Shown piece by piece: positions 37,815 to 47,997 of a stretch of 64,000 nt of DNA (the stretch's first letter is position 1; each line of letters opens with the position of its first letter). The notes under the pieces are model-generated. The model was not told the origin of the DNA. It did no database searches and saw only the letters and a list, made by a program, of their open reading frames with translations. Source of the stretch: Bacteriovoracaceae bacterium (GTDB lineage: Bacteria > Bdellovibrionota > Bacteriovoracia > Bacteriovoracales > Bacteriovoracaceae). A program made the position numbers and the translations under genes. The stretch is from assembly GCA_018649885.1 (NCBI GenBank), contig JABIHA010000126.1, positions 1 through 64,000 on the forward strand, in the 5' to 3' direction.

Positions 37815-38225
37815 ATGAATGACTTTTCAGATCAGCAACTTGCAGCTCTTGAACAGTGGAGTTTTGGCGACAACGCGGAAATGGCCGACTCACTACTTGC
37901 TCTTGTTTTAGAGGGCAAAAAAACTGCAACCTCAGGCCTTTTAAAAGAATTCCAAGAGGAGAACGAACTTACCCTTCAGCCTGGTGATAGATCTATTATC
38001 AAAGACTCAAAAAACCAAGCTGTATGCGTTGTAGAGACAGTGAAAACGATGACCATGCCCTTTAGTGATATGAGTGAGGACTTGGCTCGCCTTGAGGGTG
38101 AAGGGGATCTTTCATTAGAGTATTGGAGAAATGCTCATATTGAATTTTTCTCAAAGTATTGCGAGTTTGATGAGTCAGTAGAAATTGTATTTGAAATTTT
38201 TAAAGTCGTTCATATATTTTCTTAA
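37815..38225 (+). CDS. ASCH domain protein
   Basis: WSFGD..MADSLLALVLEGKKTATS, EGEGDLSLEYWR. Confidence 0.92.
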   Translation: MNDFSDQQLAALEQWSFGDNAEMADSLLALVLEGKKTATSGLLKEFQEENELTLQPGDRSIIKDSKNQAVCVVETVKTMTMPFSDMSEDLARLEGEGDLSLEYWRNAHIEFFSKYCEFDESVEIVFEIFKVVHIFS

Positions 38226-38233
38226 TTTATCCT

Positions 38234-38261
38234 AAAAAAAGGGACCCTTTAAAAGGGTCCC
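38234..38261 (-). terminator. Intrinsic terminator
   Basis: GGGACCCTT/AAGGGTCCC stem with A7 on the left (U7 on minus strand), between convergent genes. Confidence 0.85.
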
Positions 38262-38288
38262 CACTATAAAGAAACTTAATGTAAAGTC

Positions 38289-40004
38289 TTATAGTCCTAG
38301 AAATTTCTTTCTTCTAGCAACCAGATCAGCAGTCTCTTTTGGATCGAGCTCAAATGGATTCATTCTTCTTTGAATCATATGAGAATACTCTCCACTCCAA
38401 TCCTCTCCGGTACCAGCACGTGTCCTAGCATAGGCCATGAACCTGGACTCTTCTTTTTGCCCATCTTCAATAATGTCATTTACAAAGTAGTCGAATAAAA
38501 ATCCAAGAACTGTATCAACAAATTGAACAGGAAAAGGGATATACTTAATAGCAAGGTCTATAACTTGAGCAGCATGTCTCCAAACAAGCTCAATTTTAGG
38601 GCTCTTGTAATTCATACCAATAAGAGGCTTTTTAGAAAAACGATAGTGCTCATTTAACATGAAAAGCTTTTTCTTGCTATCTTTCACAGCTGTAGCATAC
38701 CAATCGGTAAGATTTGTTGCAGTCCAACCCTTTTTAGAGAGCCATTCCATACCTTTAGCATTTCGATCCGCTTGATCAACTAAGTGCTCATCGTAATCAT
38801 CTTTGGAAGCTTTTTTGAAAATTGACTTCCACCAAGCAGTATCTTGAGCAATAAGATAGATTCCAAGCTGAGATTTTGCATCAGTTGAAAGCTTATAAAA
38901 TGGAGAATTAACGTCACCCGTATTTGCCAAGTCAAGATTTTCAAGAGCTGCAAAATGGTGGGCCTCTTCTTGTTGCTCCATTAAATTAAACCAACGGCTC
39001 ACAACAACATCTAAAATATCACCAACCACAGGAACTGGGAGATAACCAATTATTTGACCAATGGCAAACTTAACAACAATTAAGCCAATGCTTCTTTTAA
39101 AAGATTTATAAGGATTTACAAAATCACCAATTTTCTTAGGCTTAAGATTTCTATTTCCTGCTGCTTTTAAATGAGATCCGTCATTAACAAAGAAGATGTC
39201 ATAACCAGGTCCCTTCTTTCTTTTAACTAGTTCAAAGTGATCAAAGAGATTACTTGAAACGTTTAGATCCAAATGCTTAAGAATCTTCTTATTTATTTTC
39301 TTATTCTTCTTTCTCCATTTCTTAGGCTTCTTGGCCATTGACTCTAAGTCCATGTCAGAAAGCTTAAAACTAACAGGCTCTGTATCTGCAAGGGCCAGGG
39401 ATTCTTTTTTCCACTTAATTCCCTTCCACCACTTGTTTGGAAGAACATTTTTCATTTTTCCATATTTCTTTTCAATTTTCCTAAGTCTTTTATTGACCTT
39501 CTTTTCATCTTCTTCGGCCATTGCAAGACCTGATTCTTTTCTCTTCTTCATGGCATCTTTAATCATTTTAATGGCCTGAAAGACATTCATATTGCCAATG
39601 CCAATACTCCCTAAAATTGTTCTTTTGAAATGCTCAGAAGAAAAAACCCGAGGCCATGAAAGATCGTAAAGAGCAATTGCCTTACCTTTATCATTGTGGC
39701 CAAGTGCATATCTACTACCCACTGAACTCCAGTGTTTTACATCATCGTACTTAACTCTTTTTGGTCTCTTTTTAAAAATTCCACCAAATAATTCTTCCTG
39801 AACTTTTTCATCGTCTTGATTAAGATAGTCTTCCATCTCATCAATATCTTTTTTAGTAAATTCACTTACTCCTAACTCAGATTTGAGATCAGATAAAAAT
39901 TGTGAATCTTCTTCGGAAATTTCAGAGCCCATAACTGGCAGTGAAAACAATAAGGTGAGAAAGAGTGTGAATATTCCTTTCTTCCATGAATTTATAAACG
40001 ACAT
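38289..40004 (-). CDS. Secreted hypothetical protein
   Basis: SD GGAGGGG; signal peptide; Lys-rich segments; two hydrophobic ..IPxPV.. hairpins. Confidence 0.8.
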   Translation of the reverse strand: MSFINSWKKGIFTLFLTLLFSLPVMGSEISEEDSQFLSDLKSELGVSEFTKKDIDEMEDYLNQDDEKVQEELFGGIFKKRPKRVKYDDVKHWSSVGSRYALGHNDKGKAIALYDLSWPRVFSSEHFKRTILGSIGIGNMNVFQAIKMIKDAMKKRKESGLAMAEEDEKKVNKRLRKIEKKYGKMKNVLPNKWWKGIKWKKESLALADTEPVSFKLSDMDLESMAKKPKKWRKKNKKINKKILKHLDLNVSSNLFDHFELVKRKKGPGYDIFFVNDGSHLKAAGNRNLKPKKIGDFVNPYKSFKRSIGLIVVKFAIGQIIGYLPVPVVGDILDVVVSRWFNLMEQQEEAHHFAALENLDLANTGDVNSPFYKLSTDAKSQLGIYLIAQDTAWWKSIFKKASKDDYDEHLVDQADRNAKGMEWLSKKGWTATNLTDWYATAVKDSKKKLFMLNEHYRFSKKPLIGMNYKSPKIELVWRHAAQVIDLAIKYIPFPVQFVDTVLGFLFDYFVNDIIEDGQKEESRFMAYARTRAGTGEDWSGEYSHMIQRRMNPFELDPKETADLVARRKKFLGL

Positions 40005-40204
40005 TAACCCCTCCTTTGGATTTTATTTTGAATGTCTTTAAACTTTAGCTTAGATCCACATTTGACGCGAAGCCTAATTGGTAAAAATAAGATTCCCTCA
40101 TTTTATGGCCCAGTGTCTTTAGTGGGAAGTAATAAAATCTATCTTAACCTGAACTTCAGCGGGATTTCATAATGCCCCAGAGATTTTGTCCCTATATGCC
40201 CCAG

Positions 40205-41173
40205 TTAGTGTCCCTTTCTCTTCTTCCAAGAAGGGTCTCTTTCAAGCTCTTCTTTAATACGGAGATAGCTTTCAAGCCGAGACAGGGCTATTTCAGAATC
40301 TGTTTCGCTATCTAGGTCTGGTCGGTAAAAAAAACATTCCCTGGCCTTTTGGTCATGGGAGCAATCTTTGAACTGGCAGTGCGTTGCCCACTCGGCCACA
40401 TCCGGAAAAAATTGATCGATATCCTCTGACATAACATCGTCCATAGAAAATGAGCGAATCCCCGGTGAATCAATAATAGTAAAATCTTTAAACTCCAAAA
40501 TTTCTGACCAAGTGGTGGTGTGGGCCCCCTTGCCAACTTTAGCAAGCTCCTTTGATAGCAAACTAATCTCACCTCCAGAAAGAGCTGACACTATTTTGCT
40601 TTTTCCTGCACCTGACTGTCCCAGAAAGATTGCTGTTTTTCCCGACAGTACCTCCTCAAACTCTACCATTCCATTGTCTAAGACTTTTGGAGTATAAGAA
40701 ATATCTTTTGCCGTAATTTCGTAGGTATCTACATCGAGGTGGGCCACCCTTCTTGACTCAAACTCAAGATCAAATTTTCCTGGATCATACTGATCCATTT
40801 TATTAAAAACCACTATGGTAGGCACCTTCCACTGAAATGCCCTCATTAGGTAGCGATCTAAAAGTCCTCTTTTGTAATCAGGCTTAGAAACAGTCACAAC
40901 CACAACAATTAAATCAACATTAGCTGCAATAGATTTTTTCTTGCGCTCCCTGGGAAAGTTTCTAAAAATTAAACTCTCTCTGGGCTCGATGCTAGCAATA
41001 AGGTACTCGAACCCTGTACCCACATCAACTTTTTCAAGTTGAACATAGTCACCCACTACAATCGATGACTTTTTTAAAATACTTCCTTTGGCAGTGGCAG
41101 TTACAATTTCACCGCTATCCACTATTTTGCATTGAAGTTCTCTTTGGGAGGATCTGTAAATTCTGGCCTTCAT
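40205..41173 (-). CDS. rsgA: Ribosome small subunit-dependent GTPase A
   Basis: VVGDYV OB motif; permuted NKMD, GQSGAGKS, HTTT, DSPG; CQFKDCSH..C zinc finger. Confidence 0.93.
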   Translation of the reverse strand: MKARIYRSSQRELQCKIVDSGEIVTATAKGSILKKSSIVVGDYVQLEKVDVGTGFEYLIASIEPRESLIFRNFPRERKKKSIAANVDLIVVVVTVSKPDYKRGLLDRYLMRAFQWKVPTIVVFNKMDQYDPGKFDLEFESRRVAHLDVDTYEITAKDISYTPKVLDNGMVEFEEVLSGKTAIFLGQSGAGKSKIVSALSGGEISLLSKELAKVGKGAHTTTWSEILEFKDFTIIDSPGIRSFSMDDVMSEDIDQFFPDVAEWATHCQFKDCSHDQKARECFFYRPDLDSETDSEIALSRLESYLRIKEELERDPSWKKRKGH

Positions 41174-42495
41174 GAGTTCATAAACCCTTGAGGAAAAAAT
41201 ATTGAACTCGGGTCGTGTTCAGCTTTTAAAACTTTGAATAAAGCTATTTGAGCACTGCCATAATATTCTTTGATATAGGGTTTTTTGAGCAGCCCTATTC
41301 CGTGCTCAGCAAAAGGTGATCCATTAGAATCTTTTATAAATGAATAAAATTGATCCATATATTTATAGACTGGTTCAAGTTGCTCAGTGGTAGGCATAAA
41401 ATTAAAATGCAGATGACAATCACCTATGTGACCAAAAAGTCCATAGGGGACACCCTGCTTTGTCGCCTGCCTGTAACTTTCAAAAAGATCTCCTAGCTGA
41501 TCAACTCGCACCTGAGCATCAGTTCCTTGTTTTACTACTGCCCTTTTTGAATTATCTTCAAAAATGGCCCTGGGAACTCCCACTCTCACCTGATGAAATT
41601 TTTTCTCTGAGATTTCAAAAAAATCTTCTTCATTACAATATTCAAGCTTTAGTAAAAACTGCTCGTAAACATTTTCAAATTCACGAGTCAGTATTTCCAA
41701 AAAAATCACATCTTTATTATTCGCTGGTCTAATTTCTGGATCGAGGTAACCAAGGCAGCTTGAGTCTAAAAGTTCACAGCTTAATACCTGGCCTCTAAAG
41801 CTCTGCACCTTTTCAACGATTTCCACATGGGCCTTAAAGTCATCTTCCCAACGATCCACCGCCACAAAAAGATAGCTAACCGGGTCCAGGGGAGCTGTTT
41901 TAATTTTAGCAGATATAATTACTCCCATTTGCCCTTCAGTTCCCACTAGCAGATCTGAGGCCTTCGAAAATCTAGGGCAAGGAGCATTTTTAAAACCCTT
42001 ATAACGCTCATAGTCTTTCTGATATGTCGAAAGACACTCAGCATCACTGGTCAAAAAAGGAGAACTACATTTTTTTGTCGATAAGTTTGCCTGGTGATCC
42101 AAATAACTCACGGAAATAACTTGGTCCCTCAAAGTCCCAAATCCAAAACAACGCTCACCAGTAGCAGAGGTGGCAATCCCTGATAGAATGAGGGCCAAAT
42201 TTTCGGTGGGATATGTCATCAGTGCCCGACCCTTTGATCTGACAAATTGATTGGCTTCATCCCAGCTGACCGCCCCTTCCACAAAGAGAGCGCCATCATC
42301 GTCCATTTCCATTTTTGATGGCATTTGAGACAGATCCACCACACTAAAAGGGCCCGTGGAACCTAGATGCTCTTCCAATTTATCGTAAGGCATAACCGTT
42401 GAAGTCCTCGAGCCAACATAGACAGATGGCTCCCCTTTAAGAATATGGGCCTTTAGCTCATCAACTGATTTTACATACCTAGTATCGATACTCAT
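41170..42495 (-). CDS. FAD-binding oxidoreductase (GlcD / D-lactate dehydrogenase family)
   Basis: VGTEGQMGVI, FGHIGDCHLHFN, AEHGIG..K. Confidence 0.88.
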   Translation of the reverse strand: MSIDTRYVKSVDELKAHILKGEPSVYVGSRTSTVMPYDKLEEHLGSTGPFSVVDLSQMPSKMEMDDDGALFVEGAVSWDEANQFVRSKGRALMTYPTENLALILSGIATSATGERCFGFGTLRDQVISVSYLDHQANLSTKKCSSPFLTSDAECLSTYQKDYERYKGFKNAPCPRFSKASDLLVGTEGQMGVIISAKIKTAPLDPVSYLFVAVDRWEDDFKAHVEIVEKVQSFRGQVLSCELLDSSCLGYLDPEIRPANNKDVIFLEILTREFENVYEQFLLKLEYCNEEDFFEISEKKFHQVRVGVPRAIFEDNSKRAVVKQGTDAQVRVDQLGDLFESYRQATKQGVPYGLFGHIGDCHLHFNFMPTTEQLEPVYKYMDQFYSFIKDSNGSPFAEHGIGLLKKPYIKEYYGSAQIALFKVLKAEHDPSSIFFPQGFMNS

Positions 42496-42582
42496 TTTCC
42501 ACCTAATTTTGTAGCCTTCCTTATACACCAAAGCATTGACGGAAGCCAAAAAAAGTCTTAAATTCCATGGACTTCACTTAGC

Positions 42583-42659
42583 GCACTCGTAGCTCAGCTG
42601 GATAGAGCAACGGATTTCTAATCCGTAGGTCGCAGGTTCGAGCCCTGCCGAGTGTGCCA
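42583..42659 (+). tRNA. tRNA-Arg(TCT)
   Basis: Cloverleaf: acceptor GCACTCG/CGAGTGT, D arm AGCTCAGCTGGATAGAGC, anticodon arm ACGGA-TTTCTAA-TCCGT, T loop GGTTCGAG, encoded CCA. Confidence 0.97.
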
Positions 42660-42719
42660 TTTTAATTTCCAAAGCCATTAACCATTTGAAAAACTAGCAA
42701 TTTGAATTGCTCTAGCCGA

Positions 42720-42918
42720 GCAGGGCCTGAACCTACAGTTCGCGCCACCGAACTCGGTTCTATGAAATGCTGTGTCCCAGTGCTTGTCGACAAGTGAAAA
42801 TAGTCCACTGGACTGTTTTCTCGCTGGCGTGCCGAGTGTATTTATTCAAAGTACTAAAATCAATTATGTTTCTTACGTGTGACTGACCCGAGATGGCAGG
42901 CCTCGAACCTACAGTTCG
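42720..42918. repeat. tRNA-associated repeat: two inverted T-arm copies flanking a REP-like palindrome
   Basis: GCAGGGCCT(C)GAACCTACAGTTCG twice; GAAAATAGTCCA-C-TGGACTGTTTTC; TGCCGAGTGT at 42830-42839 equals the tRNA 3' end. Confidence 0.7.
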
Positions 42919-43054
42919 TGGTGAAAAGCATAGAATATTTTTACCAATGATATTCAACTAAAACTTTACGTTTATCGAGGAATAATCATTGATAATCAAT
43001 CAAAATTTCGATATAAGCTAAGCAGGTAATTCAATTTTGGGGAGGTGGTGCCTT

Positions 43055-43645
43055 ATGAATGGTCAAGATAGTGGTCTTTTCTTTAAGTTGGTGAAGGTTT
43101 CGAAATGGGGCTACCTTTTCGTGCCTTTTCTAGCATCCGGATACGTGACTAAAGTAACGATGTTAATGGCTCAAGCTGCTCCTAATTATACTGAGGGAAC
43201 TGATTTTGACTACATCCTTTGGGGAGCAGTACTGTTTCTCAATCTGATTATTATTGCTTCATCCTTACCAGGCTTTTTCTTCTTTCATTATTTTTATAAA
43301 TTGATTACAACTTTTAAGAAAAAGGACCTTATTGAATCTAAAAAATTAATGAAGAAGATAAATATTGCCTTGGTCATCCAAATTCCAATAAATGTTTACA
43401 CCTATTTTGTAGGTTTTATGAGTTTAGATAGTATAAATAAATTTATGGAGGGATTTGACCCTTTGGATAAGAAAAAAGTATATGACGAAATTGACAATTT
43501 TTATGTTTACATGGATATTTCAGAATGGATTTTGCCGAGCCTAGAAAACTCAATGCCTTTAATTATTATGATTGCTCTTCACTTTATATATAAAAACATC
43601 TCTGAGAAAATTGAGATTGAACAAGAACTCTCCACGGTAGTGTGA
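43055..43645 (+). CDS. DUF2975-like membrane protein
   Basis: Four TM segments, C-terminal IEQELSTVV, coupled to a YozG-like HTH gene; SD GGAGGT. Confidence 0.7.
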   Translation: MNGQDSGLFFKLVKVSKWGYLFVPFLASGYVTKVTMLMAQAAPNYTEGTDFDYILWGAVLFLNLIIIASSLPGFFFFHYFYKLITTFKKKDLIESKKLMKKINIALVIQIPINVYTYFVGFMSLDSINKFMEGFDPLDKKKVYDEIDNFYVYMDISEWILPSLENSMPLIIMIALHFIYKNISEKIEIEQELSTVV

Positions 43646-43851
43646 CTATGATTAAGTGTAATCTTTCTGTTCTTCTAGCAAAAAAAGAAATGAAACTGAA
43701 GACTCTTTCAAGTTTAGTAGGGATATCTGAAACGAACCTTTCCCTATTAAAAAATAATAAGGCAAAAGCAATTCGTTTCAGCACCTTAATGGCAATCTGT
43801 AAGGCCCTTGAATGTCAGCCTGGAGATCTTCTTGAATTTATTAACACTTAA
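43642..43851 (+). CDS. YozG-like XRE/Cro-C1 transcriptional regulator
   Basis: VGISETNLSLLKNNKAKAIRFSTL.AICKALECQPGDLLEF. Confidence 0.93.
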   Translation: MTMIKCNLSVLLAKKEMKLKTLSSLVGISETNLSLLKNNKAKAIRFSTLMAICKALECQPGDLLEFINT

Positions 43852-43878
43852 ATAATGCGTTCCTCCTTTTCCCTGCCC

Positions 43879-43907
43879 CTTTGAGGTGCCAAAATGGTAC
43901 CTCAAAG
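43879..43907. terminator. Stem-loop between convergent genes
   Basis: CTTTGAGGTGCCA-aaa-TGGTACCTCAAAG; a second stem GCCAGC/GCTGGC preceded by A6 lies near 43951-43976. Confidence 0.6.
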
Positions 43908-43999
43908 AAATGTAGTTATTTAATGCTAAGGTTTTGATTGAAGAGGAATTAAAAAAGCCAGCTATAGATTGCTGGCCCTAGTGAACGAATATTTGTAAT

Positions 44000-44320
44000 T
44001 TATCTTGATTCTATATCACAAGATGTAACACCACGACCAGACCGGATAGACCCTCTGTCTTGTAAGGTTACATCATAAAGTCCATCATCCCTTTTAACCA
44101 TTTCTACAGAGCTAAGAAACGCAGTTCCTGAAGTTTGCATTGATAATCTTGGGTGAATTTCATAATGTTCAGTTTGGTCGTTTGCATTCGCATGTTTAAC
44201 ACGAACTCTAACGGCTTTAGATTGAGGATAAAAGCAAGTAATCGAAGTTACCCTGTTTAGTGTTTCCGCGAAAGATGAACTTGAAATGATAATGGCACCC
44301 AATAAAATCAACTTCTTCAT
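44000..44320 (-). CDS. Small secreted hypothetical protein
   Basis: MKKLILL..SSFA signal, SD AGGGAG, two Cys. Confidence 0.75.
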   Translation of the reverse strand: MKKLILLGAIIISSSSFAETLNRVTSITCFYPQSKAVRVRVKHANANDQTEHYEIHPRLSMQTSGTAFLSSVEMVKRDDGLYDVTLQDRGSIRSGRGVTSCDIESR

Positions 44321-44484
44321 AAAAGACTCCCTGTAAAATTGTTGTTAGAATAAGTTTAGCGATTCTTTCGGTGTAAAAGAGGGAGATATTGTTAATGATG
44401 TTTTTCATGCATTTTTTTCATTGTACACTTGATAGTGTCAAAAGATTGATCATTTTAAGCAAAGAATCGCTGAAGACACTAACT

Positions 44485-45195
44485 TTACTTTACCTCAGAA
44501 AATAGATAGCCATGTGAGCGAATACTTTTAAAGTATATAGGGGTTTTTGGATCTGGTTCAAAATATTTCCTCAGTCTCATGACAAAATTATCCACTGTCC
44601 GAGAATTTGTTCCCCTCTTATAACCCCAGCCTACTGAGAGTAATTGGTCGCGTGAAACAGCAATGCCGCTATTTTGAATCAAAATCTTTAAGATTTTTAA
44701 CTCTTGGTCAGTCAGTTGTATTTCACCGAGTTGGGTGTGGGCCTTGGCATTTTGAAAATTGATAGTATTCTCGCCAAACTGGTAGTTTTTTTGTACCAGC
44801 TGATTTTTGTCGTCTACAGTGCATCTTAGGAAAAGTTTTTCCACCCTTAAAAGAAGCTCATTCAAATCAAAGGGTTTACTTAGATAGTCATCACTTCCCA
44901 TGCGCAGACCTTTCACACGGTCATAGTTTTTATTTTTTGCAGAGAGAATGAGTACAGGAATATTTGCATCAATGCTTCTCATTCGTTTTAGCACTGAGAG
45001 CCCATCAAGGCCGGGTAACATCAAGTCCAAGATAATGAGCTCTGGTTTCCACTCCTGCCACGTCATAAGACCTGAAATACCATCAGAGGCCACCTTAACT
45101 TCATAGTTTTGAAGTTCCAAATTGAGCCTGAGCCCCTCGGCCAGATGATTTTCATCTTCAATGACTAGTATTTTACGTTTCTCTAAGCTTTGCAT
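44485..45195 (-). CDS. OmpR-family response regulator
   Basis: IEDE, LDLMLPGLDG, KPF, SRTVDNFV.RLRKYFEPDP. Confidence 0.95.
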   Translation of the reverse strand: MQSLEKRKILVIEDENHLAEGLRLNLELQNYEVKVASDGISGLMTWQEWKPELIILDLMLPGLDGLSVLKRMRSIDANIPVLILSAKNKNYDRVKGLRMGSDDYLSKPFDLNELLLRVEKLFLRCTVDDKNQLVQKNYQFGENTINFQNAKAHTQLGEIQLTDQELKILKILIQNSGIAVSRDQLLSVGWGYKRGTNSRTVDNFVMRLRKYFEPDPKTPIYFKSIRSHGYLFSEVK

Positions 45196-46156
45196 TGCGA
45201 CTCCGTTTTTTTGGATCTAAACAGATGGTAAATACTGTTCCCAAGCCTTTGTCAGTCCCTTGAATGGAAATACTCCCACCATGTAATTGAAGAATACATT
45301 TGACCATGTAAAGACCAAGACCACTGCCTTTGGCCGTCATATCGTCTGACTTTCCCACTTGGTAAAACTTTTTAAATACTTTCTTGGCATCTTTTTTTTC
45401 AATGCCAATGCCATTGTCTGAAAAATGTATGATAGTTTTTCTCTGTACTTTTCTAAAATCGATAGAGATTTGTGGTACTTCTGAATTATTATATTTCACA
45501 GAATTTGATAATAAATTAATCAACACACTTTCAAAAAGAGTTTCATCGATTTTATATAAAAATTTCCCACTGGAATCACTATGGAAGTTCATTTTACAGT
45601 TGGAAAAGAGATGGGCATTTTTTTTGAGAAAATTGCGGGTAAACTCATAAAGATCTACTGTTTTAAACTCATAGCTTTTTTTCCCAGATTCAATCTCTGC
45701 AAGTTTCAAAATTCTGTTAACATTTTGATCAAGGCGATCAGTGTCTTTAAGCATGAATTCAATATATTTTAACTGATTCTCTCTAGGTAATTCATATTTT
45801 ACAAAAGTATCTAAAAATAATTTGATGGATGCTAAAGGAGATTTTAACTCGTGGGTGAAATTGTTAATAAAATTTTGCTGGAGTCTATAGAGTTGTCCAC
45901 TTTTTTGATAGAACACGTAAATTGTAAAGAGTCCAAAGAGGATAATGCAAACAAGTATTGATAGGGTGAGTATGATCACCCAGGTTTCAGAGCTAAGAAG
46001 CTCACCAGAGCTGACACCATATTTTTTCACAAAATGGCCCAAGTTATCCTTCATTTCAAGATACCAATGGATATACAAAAATAGCGAAAGCACTAATGCC
46101 ATTGTTGAGCAGATAAAGATAAACAGAGGGTGGTAGAACCACTTTGAGCGAGTCAT
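45173..46156 (-). CDS. Small intramembrane-type sensor histidine kinase
   Basis: Two closely spaced TMs; NFTHELKSP, NLLSNSVKY, DNGIG, GSGLGL. Confidence 0.93.
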   Translation of the reverse strand: MTRSKWFYHPLFIFICSTMALVLSLFLYIHWYLEMKDNLGHFVKKYGVSSGELLSSETWVIILTLSILVCIILFGLFTIYVFYQKSGQLYRLQQNFINNFTHELKSPLASIKLFLDTFVKYELPRENQLKYIEFMLKDTDRLDQNVNRILKLAEIESGKKSYEFKTVDLYEFTRNFLKKNAHLFSNCKMNFHSDSSGKFLYKIDETLFESVLINLLSNSVKYNNSEVPQISIDFRKVQRKTIIHFSDNGIGIEKKDAKKVFKKFYQVGKSDDMTAKGSGLGLYMVKCILQLHGGSISIQGTDKGLGTVFTICLDPKKRSRNAKLRET

Positions 46157-46224
46157 GGCCGCCAGGCTATCATGGAAGCCTGAGCAAAAACCACTATTTC
46201 TAATCCCTCACAGTGCGAAAGAAC

Positions 46225-46244
46225 TGTAAAACTTTTGTAAAACT
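46225..46244 (+). promoter_or_regulatory. OmpR/PhoB-type tandem binding site
   Basis: TGTAAAACT repeated exactly with 11-bp period between the divergent kinase and radical SAM genes. Confidence 0.55.
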
Positions 46245-46317
46245 CTTTTAGATCCATTGTTGTTTTCCAACAGTTATCCCAACATTTATGGGCAAACTTC
46301 ATAAAACGGGAAATAAC

Positions 46318-47982
46318 ATGATTAAAAACAAGTTATTATTTAGCTCTGTATGCAAACCAATAGGTCCAAGTGTTGGGGACGGGGAATCTGTTGGCTATGA
46401 GCTTCTCCATGGGCAAGTGACACGCTCACAACATATTTATTCGCCTCGTGTGGTACATAAACAATTTTCTCTCGACTATATTGCAGAAAATCTAGACTGC
46501 CCTTCCACTGTTCTTCACTATCCCTCAAAGCGTACTTTCATTAGTGAGCTCAAAAAAGGATATGAGGTACTGGGGATTTCCTTTGTTCTATCAACTTTTC
46601 ACCACGCAAAAATCATGTGTGAGCTTGCCAGGAAATACTCTCCTCAAACAAAAATTATTCTTGGGGGGTACGGTACAGTTGTTTCTGATGAAGAATTAAC
46701 TCCCATATGCGACGCCATTTGCAAGGAAGAGGGAGTGGGCTTTATGCGAAGATACCTAGGTCAGCCCACTTTGGCCGTCGAGGATTATATTCATCCCACT
46801 ATTCGCAGTCGATTGAGAATTTTTGGTATTCCAGTTTCTCATACTGCAATGATTTTTGCAGGTCTTGGATGTCCCAATGGTTGCGATTTTTGTAGCACCT
46901 CTCATTTTTTTAAAAGAGAGCATATTAAATTGCTTCCTACCGGTGATAATATTTTTGAAGTGATGAAGAAACATCGTGAGATTGATCCAAATATGGATCA
47001 TACAATTTTAGATGAAGATTTCTTACTCAATAAAAAGAGGGGACTCTCTTTTCTCCATCGCTGCCGAAAAGAAAAAATGAATTTTTCAACTTTTGCCTTT
47101 GCTTCAGTAAAGGCCCTCTCTCAATATACTATGGATGAGCTCACTGAGATGGGCATAGATGGTGTTTGGGTTGGGTATGAGGGAAAAAAATCGGGTTATG
47201 AAAAGCATGATGGGGTTGATATTGATAAATTAATCGCCAAGCTTCAAGATCATGGCATAACGGTTTTATCTTCAATGATTTTGGGCATCCCCTATCAAAG
47301 TGAGGACATTGCCAGAAAAGAATTTAAGGGTCTTCTGCAAAATAGTCCATGCCTTACTCAGTATCTCATTTATGGCCCAACGCCAGGTACTCCTTTTTAT
47401 GAAAATGTCATGAAAGATCAGCTCTTAGACCCTGAACTTGTTAGTGATCGAATAAAGTATTACAAAAAGTGTACTGGGTTTTATGCAATGGTAAAGCATC
47501 CCTCAATGGAAAAAGAGAAAATAGAAAAACTTCAAAGAGAATTTTATCAAAAAGATTTTGAGACCCTAGGCCCTTCAATCTTTAGGATTGCTGAAGTTAA
47601 GCTCAGTGGTTATCACAAATACCACAATCATGTTAACCCACTTCTAAGATCAAAGGCATTGGTGTTCCGACAAAAACTTATAACTTTCCTTGCCATTCTT
47701 CCAATCGGTATTTTTGGACCCAAGATAAGTATGTATAATCGTAGAAAATATCTAAAATTATTTTTTCATATTTTCAAGATGGCCAACTGGAAAGAGCGAG
47801 CGTTTTTATTTGCACTCCCTATCATGGCAACTGGCGCTATAGTTAGTTGGATTAATAGAATTATGGGACAAATGGAGCATCCAATTACAAGGGTTCATAA
47901 GCATTTTGGTCGAAAAAAATCCAAACGCTCATTCAAAAAGTATAGAGGATTTCTCAGACCACTGCCTGCTAGGTCACTATAG
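46318..47982 (+). CDS. B12-binding-like radical SAM protein
   Basis: KIILGGYG, GCPNGCDFC (CxxxCxxC), GYE, PGTP; alternative start 46288. Confidence 0.88.
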   Translation: MIKNKLLFSSVCKPIGPSVGDGESVGYELLHGQVTRSQHIYSPRVVHKQFSLDYIAENLDCPSTVLHYPSKRTFISELKKGYEVLGISFVLSTFHHAKIMCELARKYSPQTKIILGGYGTVVSDEELTPICDAICKEEGVGFMRRYLGQPTLAVEDYIHPTIRSRLRIFGIPVSHTAMIFAGLGCPNGCDFCSTSHFFKREHIKLLPTGDNIFEVMKKHREIDPNMDHTILDEDFLLNKKRGLSFLHRCRKEKMNFSTFAFASVKALSQYTMDELTEMGIDGVWVGYEGKKSGYEKHDGVDIDKLIAKLQDHGITVLSSMILGIPYQSEDIARKEFKGLLQNSPCLTQYLIYGPTPGTPFYENVMKDQLLDPELVSDRIKYYKKCTGFYAMVKHPSMEKEKIEKLQREFYQKDFETLGPSIFRIAEVKLSGYHKYHNHVNPLLRSKALVFRQKLITFLAILPIGIFGPKISMYNRRKYLKLFFHIFKMANWKERAFLFALPIMATGAIVSWINRIMGQMEHPITRVHKHFGRKKSKRSFKKYRGFLRPLPARSL

Positions 47983-47997
47983 TATTTAAAAAATCTT

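Noticed and set aside
42583..44400. Prophage or genomic island integrated at tRNA-Arg
   Set aside because: No integrase or phage genes; the only tRNA 3'-end duplicate I found is 10 bp and about 180 bp away
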